Assembly (NCBI RefSeq): GCF_009914755.1
Contig: NC_060947.1
DNA from: the human T2T-CHM13v2.0 reference genome, Homo sapiens
Length of the DNA stretch: 64,000 bases
Direction: 5' to 3' (one strand)
Shown: positions 42,702 through 57,300 of the stretch, in pieces
Numbering within the stretch: position 1 is the stretch's first letter
Layout of the letters: every line of letters begins with the position of its first letter
The notes under the pieces: generated by a model
What the model was told of the DNA's origin: nothing
The model's database searches: none
Seen by the model: only the letters and a program-made list of their open reading frames with translations
Position numbers and translations under genes: made by a program

Positions 42702-45700
42702 AGTAGTTTGGTAACACTGTTTTTGTCCTTTGTGCCAATGGACATTTGGGAGCTCATTGAGGACAATAGCAAAAAAGTGAATATCCCAGCATGAAAACAA
42801 GAAGGAAGATATCTGAGCAACACTCTGTGATTTGTGCATTTATCTCACAGTGTTAAAACCTTCTGTCCATTCAGCCGTTTGGAAGCACTGTTTTTGGAGA
42901 ATCTGCAAAGAGATATTTAACATTGCATTGTGGCTTATGGTGAAAAACAAAATATCTTCCAATAAAAACTAGAAAGAAGATTGCTGAGAAACTGCTTTGT
43001 GCTGTGTTCATTCATCTCAAAGAGTTAAAAATTTCTTTGGATTCAACACTTTGGTGACCCTGTTTTTGTCCATTCTGTGAATGGGTATTTTGGAGCTCAT
43101 TGAGGTCAATGGGGGAGAAAGCAAATATCCCAGCATAAAAACTAGAAGGAAGCTCTCTGAGAAACTGCTTTGTGATGTGGGCATGCATCTCACAGAGTTA
43201 ACCCTTTCTTTTTATTCAACTGTTTGGAATCATTGTTTTTGTAGAATCTGCAAAGGGATATTTGGCACTGCATTGAGGCATATTGTGAAAAAGGAACATA
43301 TTCAGATGAAAACTAGAAAGAATTTACTGCAAAACTGATTTGTGGTGTGTTTCTTCATCTTACAGTGTTAAACAATATTTTGGATTCAGCAGTTTTGAAA
43401 CACTGTTTTTGTCCATTTTGAGAATGGACATTTGGGAGCTCTTTGAGGCCAATGGCGAAAAAGCGAATATCCCAGGATAAAAACTAGAAGGAAGTTATCA
43501 GAGAAACTGATTTGTGATGTGTGCATTCATCTCACAGAATTAAACCATTCTTTTCTTTCAGAAGTTTGGAAGCACTGTTTTTTAGAATCTGTGAAGAGAT
43601 ATTTTGTAGTTTATTGAGGCCTACTGTGAAAAAGGAAATATCTTCAGATAAAAACTAGAAAGAAGCTTAATGAGAAACTGCTTTTGGTTGTGTGCATTTA
43701 TCTCACAATGTTAAACCTTCCTTTGCATTCAGCAGTTTGGTAACACTCTTTCTGTCCATTCTGCAAATGGACATTTGGGAGCTCATTGAGACCAATGGTG
43801 AAAAAGGAAACGTCCCAGAACAAAAACTAGAAGGATGTTATCAGAAAAACTGATTTGTGGTGTGTGCATTCATCTCACAGAGTTAAACCTTTCTTTCATT
43901 CAGCAGTTTGGAAACACCGTTTTCTTAAAATCTGCAAGAGATATTTTGTAGCACAGTGAGGCCTATGGTGAAAAAGGAAATATCTTCAGATAAAAACTGG
44001 AAAGAACCTTTCCGATGGACTACTTTTTGATGTGTGGATTCGTCTCACAGTGTTGAACTGCTCTTTGGGTTCAGCAGTTTAGTAACACTGCTTTTGTCCT
44101 TTCTGCCAATGGACATTTGGGAGCTCATTGGCACCAATGGCAAAAAGTGAATATCCCAGGATGAAAGCTACAAGGAAGTTATCTAAGAAAATGCTTTGTG
44201 ATGTGTGCATTCATCTCACTGTGTTAAACCTTTCTTTTCATTCAGCAGCTTGGAAACACTGTTTTTTTAGAATCTGTGAAGGGACATTTAGCAGCACTTT
44301 GAGGCATATCATGAAAAAGAAAATATCTTCAGATAAAAACTAGAAAGAAGCTTAATGAGAAACTGCTTGGTGCTGTGTTCATTCATCTCACAGAGTAAAA
44401 CTTTTCTTTGGATTCAGCAGTTTGGTAACACTGTTTTTGCCTATTCTGCAAATAGACATTTTGGAGCTTACTGAAGCCATTGGGGGAGAAAGGGAATATC
44501 CCAGGACAAAAACTAGAAGGAAGTGCTCTGAGAAGCTGCTTTTTGATGTGGGCATTCATCTCACAGAGTTAAACCTTTCTTTTCATTCAGCACTTTGGAA
44601 ACTCTGTTTTTGTAGAATCTGTGAAAAATGTTTGGCAGTGCATTGAGGCCAATGGTGAAAAAGGAAATAACTTCTGATAAAAACTAGAAAGAAGCTTTCT
44701 GAGAAACTGATTTGTGATGTGCTCATTCATTTCACAGAGGTAAGCCTTTCTTTGGATTCAGCAGTTTGGTGACACTGTTTTTGTCCATTTTGGAAAGGGA
44801 CATTTGGAAGTACATTGAGGCCAATGGCGATAAAGCAAATATCCCAGGATAAAAACTAGAAGGAAGATATCTAAGAAACCACTCTGTGTTGTGTGCATTC
44901 ATCTCACAGAGATAAACCATTCTTTTCATTCAGCAGTTTGGAAACACTGTTTTCTTAGAATCTGTGAAGAGATATTTGTAGCGCATTGAGAACTGTGGTC
45001 AAAAAGGTATATTATCTTCAGACAAAAACTAGAAAAAAGCTCAATGAGAAACAGCTTTGTGATGTCTGCATTCATCTCACAGAGTTAAACCTTTTTTGGA
45101 TTCAACAGTTTGAAAACACTGTTTTTGTCCATTCTGTTAATGGACATTTGAGAGCTCATTGAGGCCAATGGCAACAAAGTGAATATCCAAGGATAAAATT
45201 TAGAAGGAAGTTATCTGAAAAACCGTTTTGTGATGTGTGCATTCATCTCACCAATTAAACCTTTCCTTTCATTCAGCAGTTTGGACGCACTCTTTTCTTA
45301 GAATCAGCAAAGAGACATTTGGTAGAGCATTGAGACCTATGGTGAGAAAGGAAATATCTTCTGAAAAAAACTAGAAGGAAGCTTTCAGATAGACTGCTAT
45401 GTGATGTGTTCATTCATCTCACAGAGTTAAACCTTTCTTCGGATTCAGCAGTTTGGTAACACAGTTTTTGTCCATTGTGTGAATGGACAGTTGGGAACCC
45501 ATCAAGGTCAATGGCAAAAAAGTGAATATGCCAAGATAAAAACTAGAAGGAAGCTCTCTGAGGAAAAGCTTTGTAATGTGTGCATTCATCTCGCAAAGTT
45601 AAACCTTTCTTTTCATTCAGCAGTTTGGAAACACTGTTTTGTAGAATCTGCAAGGGCTATTTTGCAGCACATTGAGGCCTATTGTGAAAATACAAATATC

Positions 45701-48331
45701 TTCATGTAAGAAGTAGAAAGAAGATTTCTGAGAAAATCTGCTTTTTTCTGTGTTCATTCATCTCACAGAGTTAAATCTTTTATTGGATTCAGCAATTTGG
45801 TAACACTGTTTATGTCCCTTCCACAAATGGGCATTTCAGAGCTCTTTGAGGCCAATGGCGAAAAAGCCAATATCCCAGGATAGAAAACAGAAGGAAGATA
45901 TATGAGAAACTGCTCTATGTTGTTTGCATTCATCTCACAGACTTAAACCTTTCTTTACTTTCAGGAGTTTGGAAACAGTGTTTTTGTACAATCTGCAAAG
46001 GGACTTTTGAGATCCCTTTGAGTCTTATGGTGAAAAAGGGCATATATTCAGATAAAAACTAGAAAGATGCTTTCTGAGAAACATCGTTGTGATGTGTTCA
46101 TTCATCTTAGAGGGTTAACCCTTTCTTTGGATTCTGCAGTTTGGAAACACTGTTTTTGTAGTATCTGCAAAGGGATATTTGGCAGTGCATTGTGGCCTAT
46201 TGTGAAAAAGGATATATCTTCAGATAAAAAGTAGAAAGAAGCTTTCTGAGAAACTGCTCTTTGTTGTGCTCATTCATCCCACAGAGGTAAGTCTTTCTTT
46301 GGATTCAGAAGTTTGGAAACATTCTTTTTGTCCATTCCGTGAGTGGACATTTCAGAGCTCTTGGAGGCCAATGGCGAAAAAGCAAATATCCCATGACTAA
46401 AACTAGAAGCACATTATCTCAGAAACTGATTTGTGATGTGGGGATTCATCTCTCAGAGGTAAACCTTCCTTTTCATTCAGCAGTTTGGAAAGAGTCTCTT
46501 TGTAGAATATGTGAAGGGATATTTGGAAGCATATTGAGGCCTATGGTGAAAAAGGATATAGCCTCAGGTAAAAACTAGAAAGAAGGTTTCTGAGAAAATC
46601 CTTCCTGATGTGTTCATTCATCTCACAGAGTTAAACCTTTCTTTGGATTCAGCAGTTTGGAAACACTGTTTTTGTCCATTTTTTGGAGTTCTTTGAGGTC
46701 ATTGGTGAAAAAGTGAATATCCCAGGAGAGAAACTAGAAGGAAGGTATCAGAGAAAGAAATATGTAACGTGAGCATTCGTCTCAGAGTGTTAAACCTTTC
46801 TTTTCATTCAGTAGATTGGAAATACTGTTTTTGTGGAATCTGCAAAGAGGTATTTGCTAGCGCATGGAGACCTATGGTGAAAAAGGAAATCACTTCAGAT
46901 AAAAACTGGAAAGAAGCTTAATGAGAAACTGCTTTGGGATGTGTGCGTTCAACTCACAGAGTTAAACATTTCTTTGGATTCAGTAGTTTAGAAACACTGT
47001 TTATGTCCATTCTGTGAAAGCACATTTTGGAGCTCATTGAGGTCAATGGTGAGAAAGCCAATATCCCAGAATAAAAACTAGAGGGAAGATGACTGAGAAA
47101 ATGCTTTGTGATGTGTGCATTCATCTCACAGAGTTAAACCTTTCTTTTCGTTCAGCAGTTTTGAAGCACTGTTTTTTAGAATCTGCAAAGAGATATTTTG
47201 TAGCACATTGAGACCTATGTTGAAAAAGGAAATATATTCAGATAAAAACTAGAAAGAAGCATTCTGAGAAACTGCTTGGGGATGTGTTGACTCATCTCAC
47301 AGAGATAAAACTTTTTCTGGATTCAGCAACTTGGAAACACTATTTTTGTCCATTCTGCCAATGGACATTTGGGACATCTTTGAGGCCAATGGTGAAAAAG
47401 CAAATATCCAAGGAAAAAAATACTTGAAGCACGTTATCTGAGAAACTGATGTGTGATGTGTGCATTCATCTCACAGAATTAAACCTTTCTTTCCATTCAG
47501 CAGTTTGGAAACACTGTTTTTGTCCATTCCGTGAATGGACATTTTGGAGCTCATTGAGGTCAATGGCGAAAAATTGAATATCCCAGGATAAAAATTAGAA
47601 TTAAGGTATCTGAGAAACTGATTTGTGATCATGCATTCATCTCACAGACTTCAACCTTTTCTTCATTCAGCAGTTTAGAAACACTGTTCTCTTAGAATCT
47701 GTGAGGAGATATTTTGTAGCGCAATTAGACCTATGGTGAAAAAGGAAATATCTTCCAATAAAAACCAGGGGGAAGCTTAATGAGAAACTGCGTGGGAATG
47801 AGTGCATTCATCTCACAGAGTTAAACTAAACCTTTCTTTACATTTGACATTTTGGTAACACTGTTTTTGTTCATTCTGCGCTGGACATTTTGGAGCTCAT
47901 TGATGCCAATGGCCAAAAAGTGAATATTCCATTAGAAAAACTGGAAGGAAGCTAACTGAGAAACCACTTTGTCGTGTGTGAATTCATGTCACAGAGTTAA
48001 ACCTTTCTGTTCATTCAGCAGTTTGGACACAATGTTTTTGTAGAATCTGTGAAGGAATATATGGCCGTGCATTGAGGCCTGGGATGAAAAAGGAAATATC
48101 TTCAGACAGAAACTAGAAAGAACCTTTCTGAGAAACTCTTTTGTGAAGTGTTCATTCATCTCACAAAGTTAAACTTTTCTTTGGATTCAGCATTTTGGAT
48201 ACACTGTTTTTGGTCATTCTGCGAATGGACATTTGGGAATGCATGGAAGCCATTGGCGAAAAAGCAAATATCCCAGGATAAAAACTAGAAGGAAGTTATC
48301 CGAGAAACCGCTTTGTGATGTGTGAATTCAT
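42702..48331 (+). repeat. Alpha satellite block 3c (forward)
   Basis: The B monomer interrupted by the L1 resumes (agtagtttggtaacactgtttttgtcc) and the array runs to ...gatgtgtgaattcat. Confidence 0.96.
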
Positions 48332-51300
48332 GCTGGGATATTCACTTTTTTGCTATTGCTCTCAGCGAGCTCCCAAATGTCCATTGGCAAAAAGGACAAA
48401 AACACTGTTACCAAACTTCTAAATCCATAGAAAGGTTTAACTCTGTGAGATGAACCCACACATCAAAAAGTAGTCTCTCAGAAAGGTTCTTTCTACTTTT
48501 TATCTGAATATATTTCCTTTTTCACTATAGGCTTCAATGCGCTGCCAAATAACCCTTTGCAGATTCTACAGAAACAGTGTTTCCAAACTGCTGAATGAAA
48601 AGAAAGGTTTAACTTTGTGAGATGAATGCACACATCAGAAAGCGTTTTATGAGAGATCTTCCTTCTACTTTGCATCCTGGGATATTTGCTTTTTCACCAT
48701 TGGCCTCAATGAGCACCCAAATGTCCATTTGCAGAAGGGACCAAAACAGCAGTTCCAAACTCCTGAATCCCATGAAATGTTTATCTCTGTGAGGTGAATG
48801 AACACATCACCCAGCAGTTTCCCAGAAAGCTTCTTTCTAGTTTTTATTTGAAGATATTTGCTTTTTCAAATTAGGCCTCAATGTGCTTCCAAATATCCTT
48901 TCACATATTCTACAAAAAGAGATTTTCCAAACTTCTGAATGAAAAGAAATTTTAACTCTGTGACGTGAATGCACACATCACAAATCAGTTTCTCATATAA
49001 CGTGCTTCTAGTTTTTATCCTGTGTATTCACTTTATTGACATTGGTGTCAAAGAGCTCCCAAATGTCCATTCACAGAATGGACAAAACAGGATTTCCAAA
49101 CTGCTGAATCCAAAGAATGGATTAATTCTGTAAGATGAATGAACACATGACAAAGCAGCTTCTCAGAAAGCTTCTTTCTAGTTTTTACCTGAAAATATTC
49201 CTTTTCCCCATAGACCTCAATTTGCTCCCAAATATCCCTTCACAGATTCTACAAAAACAATGTCTCCAAACTTCTGAATAAAAAGAAAGTTTTACCTCTG
49301 TGAGATGAATGCGCATGACACAGAACGGTTTCTCAGATACCTTCCTTCTAGTTTTCATCCTTGGATACTTGCTTTTTTGCCACTGGCCTCAATGAGCTCC
49401 TAAATGTCCATTCGCAGAATGGACGAAAACACTGTTACCAAAATGCAGAATCCAAAAAAGGTTTAACTCTCTGAGATGAATGAACAAGTTACAAAGCAGT
49501 TTCTCAGAAAGCTTTTAATTTTTATCAGAAGATATTTCCTTTTTCACCATAGGCCTCAATGTGCTGCAAAATATCTATTCACAGATTCCAGAAAAACAGT
49601 GTTTCCCAACTTTTGAAGGAAAAGAAAGATTTAACACTGCAAGATGAATGCATACATCACAGAGCGTTTTCTCAGATATTTTCCTTCTAATTTTTATCCT
49701 GGGATATTCACTTTTTCGCTATTGGCCTCAATGAGCTCCCAAATGTCCATTCACAGAATGGACGAAAACAGTGTTACCAAACTGCTGAATCCAAAGTTTT
49801 AACTCTGTGAGATGAATGAACATATCACAAAGCAGTTTCTCATTAAGCTTCTTTCTAGTTTTTATCTGAAGATATTTCCTTTTTCACCCTAGGCCTCTAT
49901 GAGATCCCAAGTATCACTTCACAGATTCTAAGAAAACAGTGTTTCCAAACTGCTGAAAGAAAAGAAAGGTTTAACACTGTGAGATGAATGCAGATGTCAC
50001 AAAGCAGTTTCTCTGATATCTTCCTTCTAGTATTTATCCTAGAAAATTCACTTTTTCATCATTGGCCTCAATAAGCTTCCAAATGACCATTCGCAGAATG
50101 GACAAAAATAGTGTTACCAAACTGCTGAACCCAAAGAAAGGTTTAACTCTGTGAGGTGAATGAATGCACACATCTCAAAGCAGTTTCTCAGAAAGCTTCC
50201 TTCTAGTTTTAATCTGAACATATTTCCTTTTCAACCGTAGGCCTCATTGCACTGCCAAATATCTCTTGGCAGATTCTAAGAAAACAGTGTTTCCAAACTG
50301 CTGAATGAAAAGAAAGATTTAACTCTGTGAGATGATGAATGCACACAACTCACATTGGTTTCTCAGATAACGTGCTTCTAGTTTTTGTCCTGGGATATTC
50401 ACTTTTTCACCACTGGCCTCCATGAGCTCCCAAGTGTCCATTCACAGAATAGACAAAAACAGTGTTTCCAAACCTCTGAATCCAGAAAAAGTTTTAACTC
50501 TGTGAGACGAATGCACACATCACAATGCAGTATATCAGAAAGCTTCTTTCTAGTTTTTATATGAAGTTATTTCCTTTTTCTGCATAGTCCTCAATGCACT
50601 CCCAAATATCCCTTCACAGAATCTACAAAAACAGTGTTTCCAAACAGATGAAAGAGAACAAATGTTTAATTCGGCAAGACGAACACACACATCATAAACA
50701 GGATTCTCAGATAGCTCCCTTCTGCTTTTTATCCTGGGATACTCACTTTTTCACCATTGGCCTCAAGGAGCTGCAAAATGTCCATTTGCAGAATGGACAA
50801 AAACTTTTTCCAAACCGTGGAATCCAAAGAAAGGTTTACCTCTGTTATATGAATGCACACAACATGAATCAGTTTCTGAGAAATCATGTTTCTAGTTTGC
50901 ATCTGAAGATATTACTGTTTTCACCATAGGCCTCAATGTGCTACCAAATATCCCATCACACATTCTATGAAAACAGTGTTTCAAAGCTGGTGAAAGAAAA
51001 GAAAGGTGTAAATATGTGAGATAAATGCACACATCACAAAGCAGTTTCTCAGATAGGTTCCTTCTAGTTTTTATCCTGGGATATTCACTTTTTCATAATT
51101 GGCCTCAATGAGCTCACAAATGTCCATTTGCAGAGTGGACAAAAACAGTGTTTCCAAACTGCTGAATAAAAATAAGTGTTTAACGCTGCAAGATGAATAC
51201 ACACATCACAAAGCAGTTTCTCAGATAGCTTCCTTCTAGTTTGTATCCTGGGATATTTCCTTTTTTGCCATTGACCTCAAAGAGCTCCCAAAAGTCCATT

Positions 51301-54300
51301 TGCAGAATGGACAAAACTGCTGTATCCAAAGAAAGTGTTAAATCAGTGAGATGAATGAACACATCACAAAGCAGTTTCTCAGAAAGCTTATTTCTTGTTT
51401 TTATCTGAAGATATTTCATTTTTCACCAAAGGCCTCAATGTGCTCCTAAATATCCCTTTGCAGATTCTACAAAAACAGTACTTCCAAACTGGTGAATGAC
51501 AAGAAAGATTTAATACTGCGAGATGAATGCACACATCACAAATCAGTTTCTCAGAGAGCTTCCTTCTAGTTTTTATCCTTGGTTATTTGCTTTTTCGCCA
51601 TTGGCCTCAATGAACATTCAAATGTCCACTTGCAGCATGGACAAAAACAGTCTTTCCAAACTGCTGAATCCAATCAAAGTTTTAACATTTTGTTAAATGT
51701 AAGCATCACAAAGCAGTTTCTCAGAAAGCTTCCTTCTAATTTTTATATGAAGATATTTCCTTTTTCACTTTAGGACTCAATTTGCTCCCAAATATCCCTT
51801 CATAGATTCTACAAAAACAGTGTTTCCAAACAGGTGAATGAAAACAAAAGTTTTACCCTTTGATATGAATGAACACATCACAAAGTGGTTTGTCAGATAG
51901 CCTCCTTGTAGTTTTTATCCTGGGATATTCTCTTTTTCACCTTTGGCCTCAAAGACCTTCAACATGTTCACTTGCAGCATGGGCAAAAACAAAGTTCCCA
52001 AACTGCTGGATCGAAAGAAAAGTTTAACTCTGTGTGATGAATGGACACATCACAAAGAGGTTTCTCAGATATCTTCCTTCTAGTTTTTATCCTGGGAAAT
52101 TCACTTTTTTGCCATAGGCCTCTATGTGCTCCCAAATATCCCTTCACAGTTTCTACAAAAACAGTGTTTCCAAACTGCTGAACAAAAAGAAATGTTTAAC
52201 TCTGTGAGATGAATGCACACATCACAAAGTGGTTTCTCAGACATCTTCCTTCTAGTTTTAAAGATCGATATCACTTTTTTGCTATTTGCCTCAATTAGCT
52301 CCCAAATGTCCATTCACAGAATGGACAAAAACAGTGTTTCCAAACTGCTGAATCTAAAGAAAGGTTTAAGTCTTTGAGATGAATGAACCCATCACAGTGC
52401 AGTTTCTCAGAAAGATTATTTTGAGTTTTTAACTGAAGACATTTCCTTTTTCACCCTAGGCCTCAATGTGCTCCAAAATATCCCTTCACAGATTCTACAA
52501 AAACAATGTTTCCAAACTCCTGAATGAAAAGAAAGGTTTAACTATATGAGATAAATTCACACATCCCATAGTGTTTTCTCAGATAGCTTCCTTCCAGTAT
52601 TTATCCTGGGATATTCCCTTTTTTGACACTGGCCTCAAAGAGCTCCCAAATGTTCATTTGCCACATGTACAGAAACAGAATTTCCAAACTGCTGAATCCA
52701 AAGAAGGTTTTAACACTTAGAGATGAATGTACACATCACAAGGTGGTTTCTCAGAAAGCTTCTGTCTATTTTTATATGAAGATACTTCTTTTTTCACCAC
52801 AGGCCTCAAGGTGCTCCCAAACATCCCTACACATATTCTACAAAAACTGTGATTCCAAACTGCTGAATGAAAAGAAAGTGTTAACTCTATGAGGTGAATG
52901 TGCACATCACAATTCTGTTTCTCAGATATCTTCCTTCTATCTTTTGTCCTGGGATATTCACCTTTTCACAATTGGCCTCAGTGAGCTCCCAAATATCACT
53001 TCACAGATTCTATAAAAACAGTGTATCCAAACTGCTGATTGTAAAGAAAGGTTTAACTCTGTGAGTTGAATACACACATCAAAAAGCGGCTTTTCAGATC
53101 GCTTCCTTCTGTTTTTATCCTGGTATATTCACTTTTTCGCCATTGGCCTCAACTAGTTCCAAAATGTCAATTCGCAGAATGGACAAAAACAGTGTTTCCA
53201 AACAGCTGAATGCAAAGAAATATTTAAATGTGGGAGATGAATGAAATAATCACAAAGCATTTTTTCAGAAAGCTTCTTTCTAGTTTTTATCTAAAGATAT
53301 TTCCCTTTTTATCATAGGCCTGACTGCACTCCAAAATATCCCTTCGCAGATTCTAGAAAAACAGTGTTTCCAAGCTGCTGAATGAAAAAATTTTTAACTC
53401 TAAGACATGAATGCACACATCACAAAGAATTTTCTGAGATAGCTTCCTTCTAGTTTTTATCCTGGATTATTCTGGTTTTCACCATCAGCCTCAAAGAGCT
53501 CCCAAATGTTCACTTGCAAAGTGGACAGAAACAGTGTTTCCAAACTGCTGAATCCAAAGAAAGTTTTTATTCTGTGAAATGAATGCACACCTCAACAAGC
53601 AGTTTCTCTGAAAACTTTTTTCTACTTTTTATCTGAAGATATTTTCTTTTTCACCATCGGCCTCAATGCCCTCCTAAATATCCCTTTGCAGATTCTAAAA
53701 AAACAGTGTTTCCAAACTGCTGAATGAAAGGAAAGCTTTAACTCTGTGAGAAGAATGCACACATCAAAAAGCAGTGTCTCTGATTGGTTCCTTATAGTTT
53801 TCATCCTGATATATTTGGTTTTTCACCATTGGCCTCAATGAGCTCACAAATGTCCATTCACAGAATGTATAAAGACGGTGTTTCCAAACTGCTGAAACCA
53901 AAGAAAAGTTTACCTCTGTGAGACGAATGCACACATCACAAAGCAGTTTCCCAGAAAGCTCCTTTCTAGTTTTAATCTCAAGGTATTTGCTTTTTCACCA
54001 TAGGCCTCAATGAGCTCCCAAATATCCCTTCACAGATTCCACAAAAACAGAGTTTCAAAACAGCTAAATTAAAAGAAAAGTTTATGTCTGCAAGATGAAT
54101 GCAGACATCATAAAGCAGTATCTCAGATAGCTTCCTTCTAGTTTGTAAGCGGAGATATTCACTTTTTTGCCTTTGGCCTCAATGAGCTCACAAATGTCCA
54201 TTCACAGAATGGATAAAGACAGGGTTTCCAAACTGCTCAATCCAAAGAAAGGTTTACCTCTGTCAGACGAATGCACACATCATAAAGCAGTTTCTCAGAA

Positions 54301-57300
54301 AATTTCTTTCTAATTTTTATATGAAAATATTACCTTTTTCACCATAGGACTCAATGTGCTCCCAAGTATCCCCTGACAGATTGTGCAAAAATAATGTTCC
54401 AAACTGCTGAATGAAAAGAAAGGTTTAGCTCAGTGAGATAAAAGCACACATGACAAAGCAATTTCTCAGATATCTTCCTTCTAGTTTTTATCCAGGAATA
54501 TTTGCTTTTTTGCCATTCACCTCAGTGAGCTCCAAAATGTCCCTTCACAGAATGCACAAAAACAGTGTTTCCAAACTGCTGAATCCAAAGAAAGTTTTAC
54601 CTCTGTGAGATGAATGCACATGTCACAAAGTGGTTTCACAGATAGCTTCCTTCTAGTTTTCATATGAAGATATTTCCTTTGACAACATAAGCCTCAATGT
54701 GCTATAAATATCCCTTTGCAGATTCTGCAAAAACAGTTTTTCCAAACAGCTGGATGTAAACAAAGTTTTAACTCTGCCAGATGAATGCACTCCTCACAAA
54801 GCTGTTTTTCATATAGCTTCCTTCTGGTTTTTAATTGTGGGATATTCGCTCTTTCACCCTTGGTGTCAAAGAGCTTCCAAAAGTCCACTTGCAGAATGGA
54901 CAAAATCAGTGTTTCCAAATTGCTGAATGCAAAAAAGGTTTAACACTGTGAGATGAAGGCACACATCCAAAGCAGTTTCTCAGAAAGCTTAGTTGTAGTT
55001 TTTATTTAAATAAAATTGTTTTTCACCATAGGCTTCAAAGCCCTCCCAAATATCACTTCGCAGATTCTATAAAAACAGTGTTTCCAAACTGCTGAATGAA
55101 AAGAAATGTTTAAATCTTGGAGACGAATACACATATCAAAAAGGGGTTTCTCAGATAGCTTTCCTGTACTTTTTTCCTGGGATATTCACTTTTTGTCCGT
55201 TGGCCTTAATGAGCTCCAAAGTGTCCATTCGGAGAATGGATGAAAACAGTGTTTCCAAACTGCTGAAATAAAAAAAAAAAAAGTTTAACTCTGTGAGATG
55301 AAAGCACACATTACAAAGCATTTTCTGAGAAAGCTTCTTTGTAGTTTTTCTCTGAAAATATTTATTTTTCCCCATAGGAATCAGTGCGCTACCAAATATC
55401 CCTTCGCAGATTCTAGACAACAGTGTTTTCAAATTGCTGAATGAAAAGAAATGTTTACCTCTGTGAGATGAATGCACACATCAAAAAGCAGTTTCACAGA
55501 TAGCTTCCTTCTAGTTTTTATATGAAGATATTTCCTTTTTCACCCTAAGCCTCAATGTGTTCCCAAATGTCCATTCACAGATTTTTCAAAAAAAGTGTTT
55601 CCAAACTGCTGAAAAAATAGAAAGTTTTAACCCTGTGATATGAATGTGCACATCACAAAGCAGTTTTTGAGATAGCTTTCTTCTTATTTTTATCCTGGGA
55701 TATTCGCTTTTTTGCTTTTGGCCTCAATGAGCTCACAAATGTCCATTCATAGAAAGGACAAAAACAGTGTTTCCAAACTCCTGAATCCAAAGAAAAGCTT
55801 AACTCGGTGAGATGAATGCACACGTCACAAAGCAGTATGTCAGAAAGCTTCTTTCTAATTTTTATATGCAGATATTTCCTTTTTTGCCATAGGCCACACT
55901 GTGCTCCAAAATATCCCTTTGCAGATTCTACAAAAACAGTGTTTCCAAACTGCTGAATGAAAAAAAAAGTTCAACTCTACAAGATGAATGCACACTTCAC
56001 AAAGCAGTTTCTCAGTTAGCTTCCTTCTAGTTTTTATACTGTGATATGTGCTTTTATGGAATTTTCCTCAGTGAGCTCCCAAATATCCATTCACAGAATG
56101 GACAAAAATAGTGTTTCCAAACTGCTAAATCCAAAGAAAGCTTTAACTATGTGAGAGGAATGCACACCTCACAAAGCAGTTTGTCAGAAAGCTTCTTATG
56201 AGTTCTTATCTGAAGTTATTTCCTTTTTCACTGTAGGCCTCAATGGGCTTCTAAATATCCCTTCACAGATTCTGTGCAGTGCTGCCAAACGGCTGAATGA
56301 AGAGAAAGGTTTAACTCTGTGAGATGAATGCACACATCACAAAGCAGTTTACAAGATAGCTTCCTTTTAGTTTTTATCCTAGGACATTCGCTTTTTTACC
56401 ATTGGCCTCAATGAACTCCCAATTGTCCGTTCGCAGAATGGACAAAAACGGTGTTTCCAAAGTGAAGAATTCAAAGAAAAACTTAACTCTGTGAGATGAA
56501 TGCACATACCACAAAGCAGTTAGTCAGAAAGCTTCTTTCTAGTTTTTATCTGAAGATAGTTCCTTTTTTACCATAGGCCTGAATGCACTCCCAAATATCC
56601 CTTTGCAGATTCTACAAAAACAGTGTTTCCAAACTCCTGAATGAAAAGAAAGTTTTAATTCTGTGAGATGAATGCATACATCACAAAGCAGTTTCTCAGA
56701 AAGCTTTCTTCTAGTTTTTATCCTGGTGATTCATTTTTTCACTGTAGGCCTCAATAAGCTCCCAAATGTCCATTCACAGAATGGGCAACAACAGTGTTTC
56801 CAAACTGCTGAATGTAAAAAATTTTTTACTCTGTGAGATGAATGCAAGCATCACAAATCAGTTTGTCAGAAAACTTCCTTCTAGTTTATATCTGAACTTA
56901 TATTCTTTTTCAGTATAGGCCTCAATGTGCACCCAAATATCCCTTTGCAGATACTACAAAAACAGCATTTTCAAAATGCTGAATGAAAAGAAAAGTGTAA
57001 CTCTGCAAGATGAATGCACGCATAACAGAGCTGCTTCTCAGATAGCTTCCTTCTACTTTTTATACTGGGATATTCACTTTTTCACCTTTGGCCTCATTGA
57101 GCTCCAAAAATTCCATCCTCAGATTCTACAAAAACGGTTTTTCCAAACTGCAGAATGAATAGGAATGTTTACTGCTGTGACATGAATGTACACATCACAA
57201 AGCAGTTTCTCAGAAACTTTTTCTAGAAAGCTTTTTTCTAGTTTTTATCTGAAGATGTTTCCTTTTTCACCATAGGCCTCAATGTGCTCCCAAATATCAC

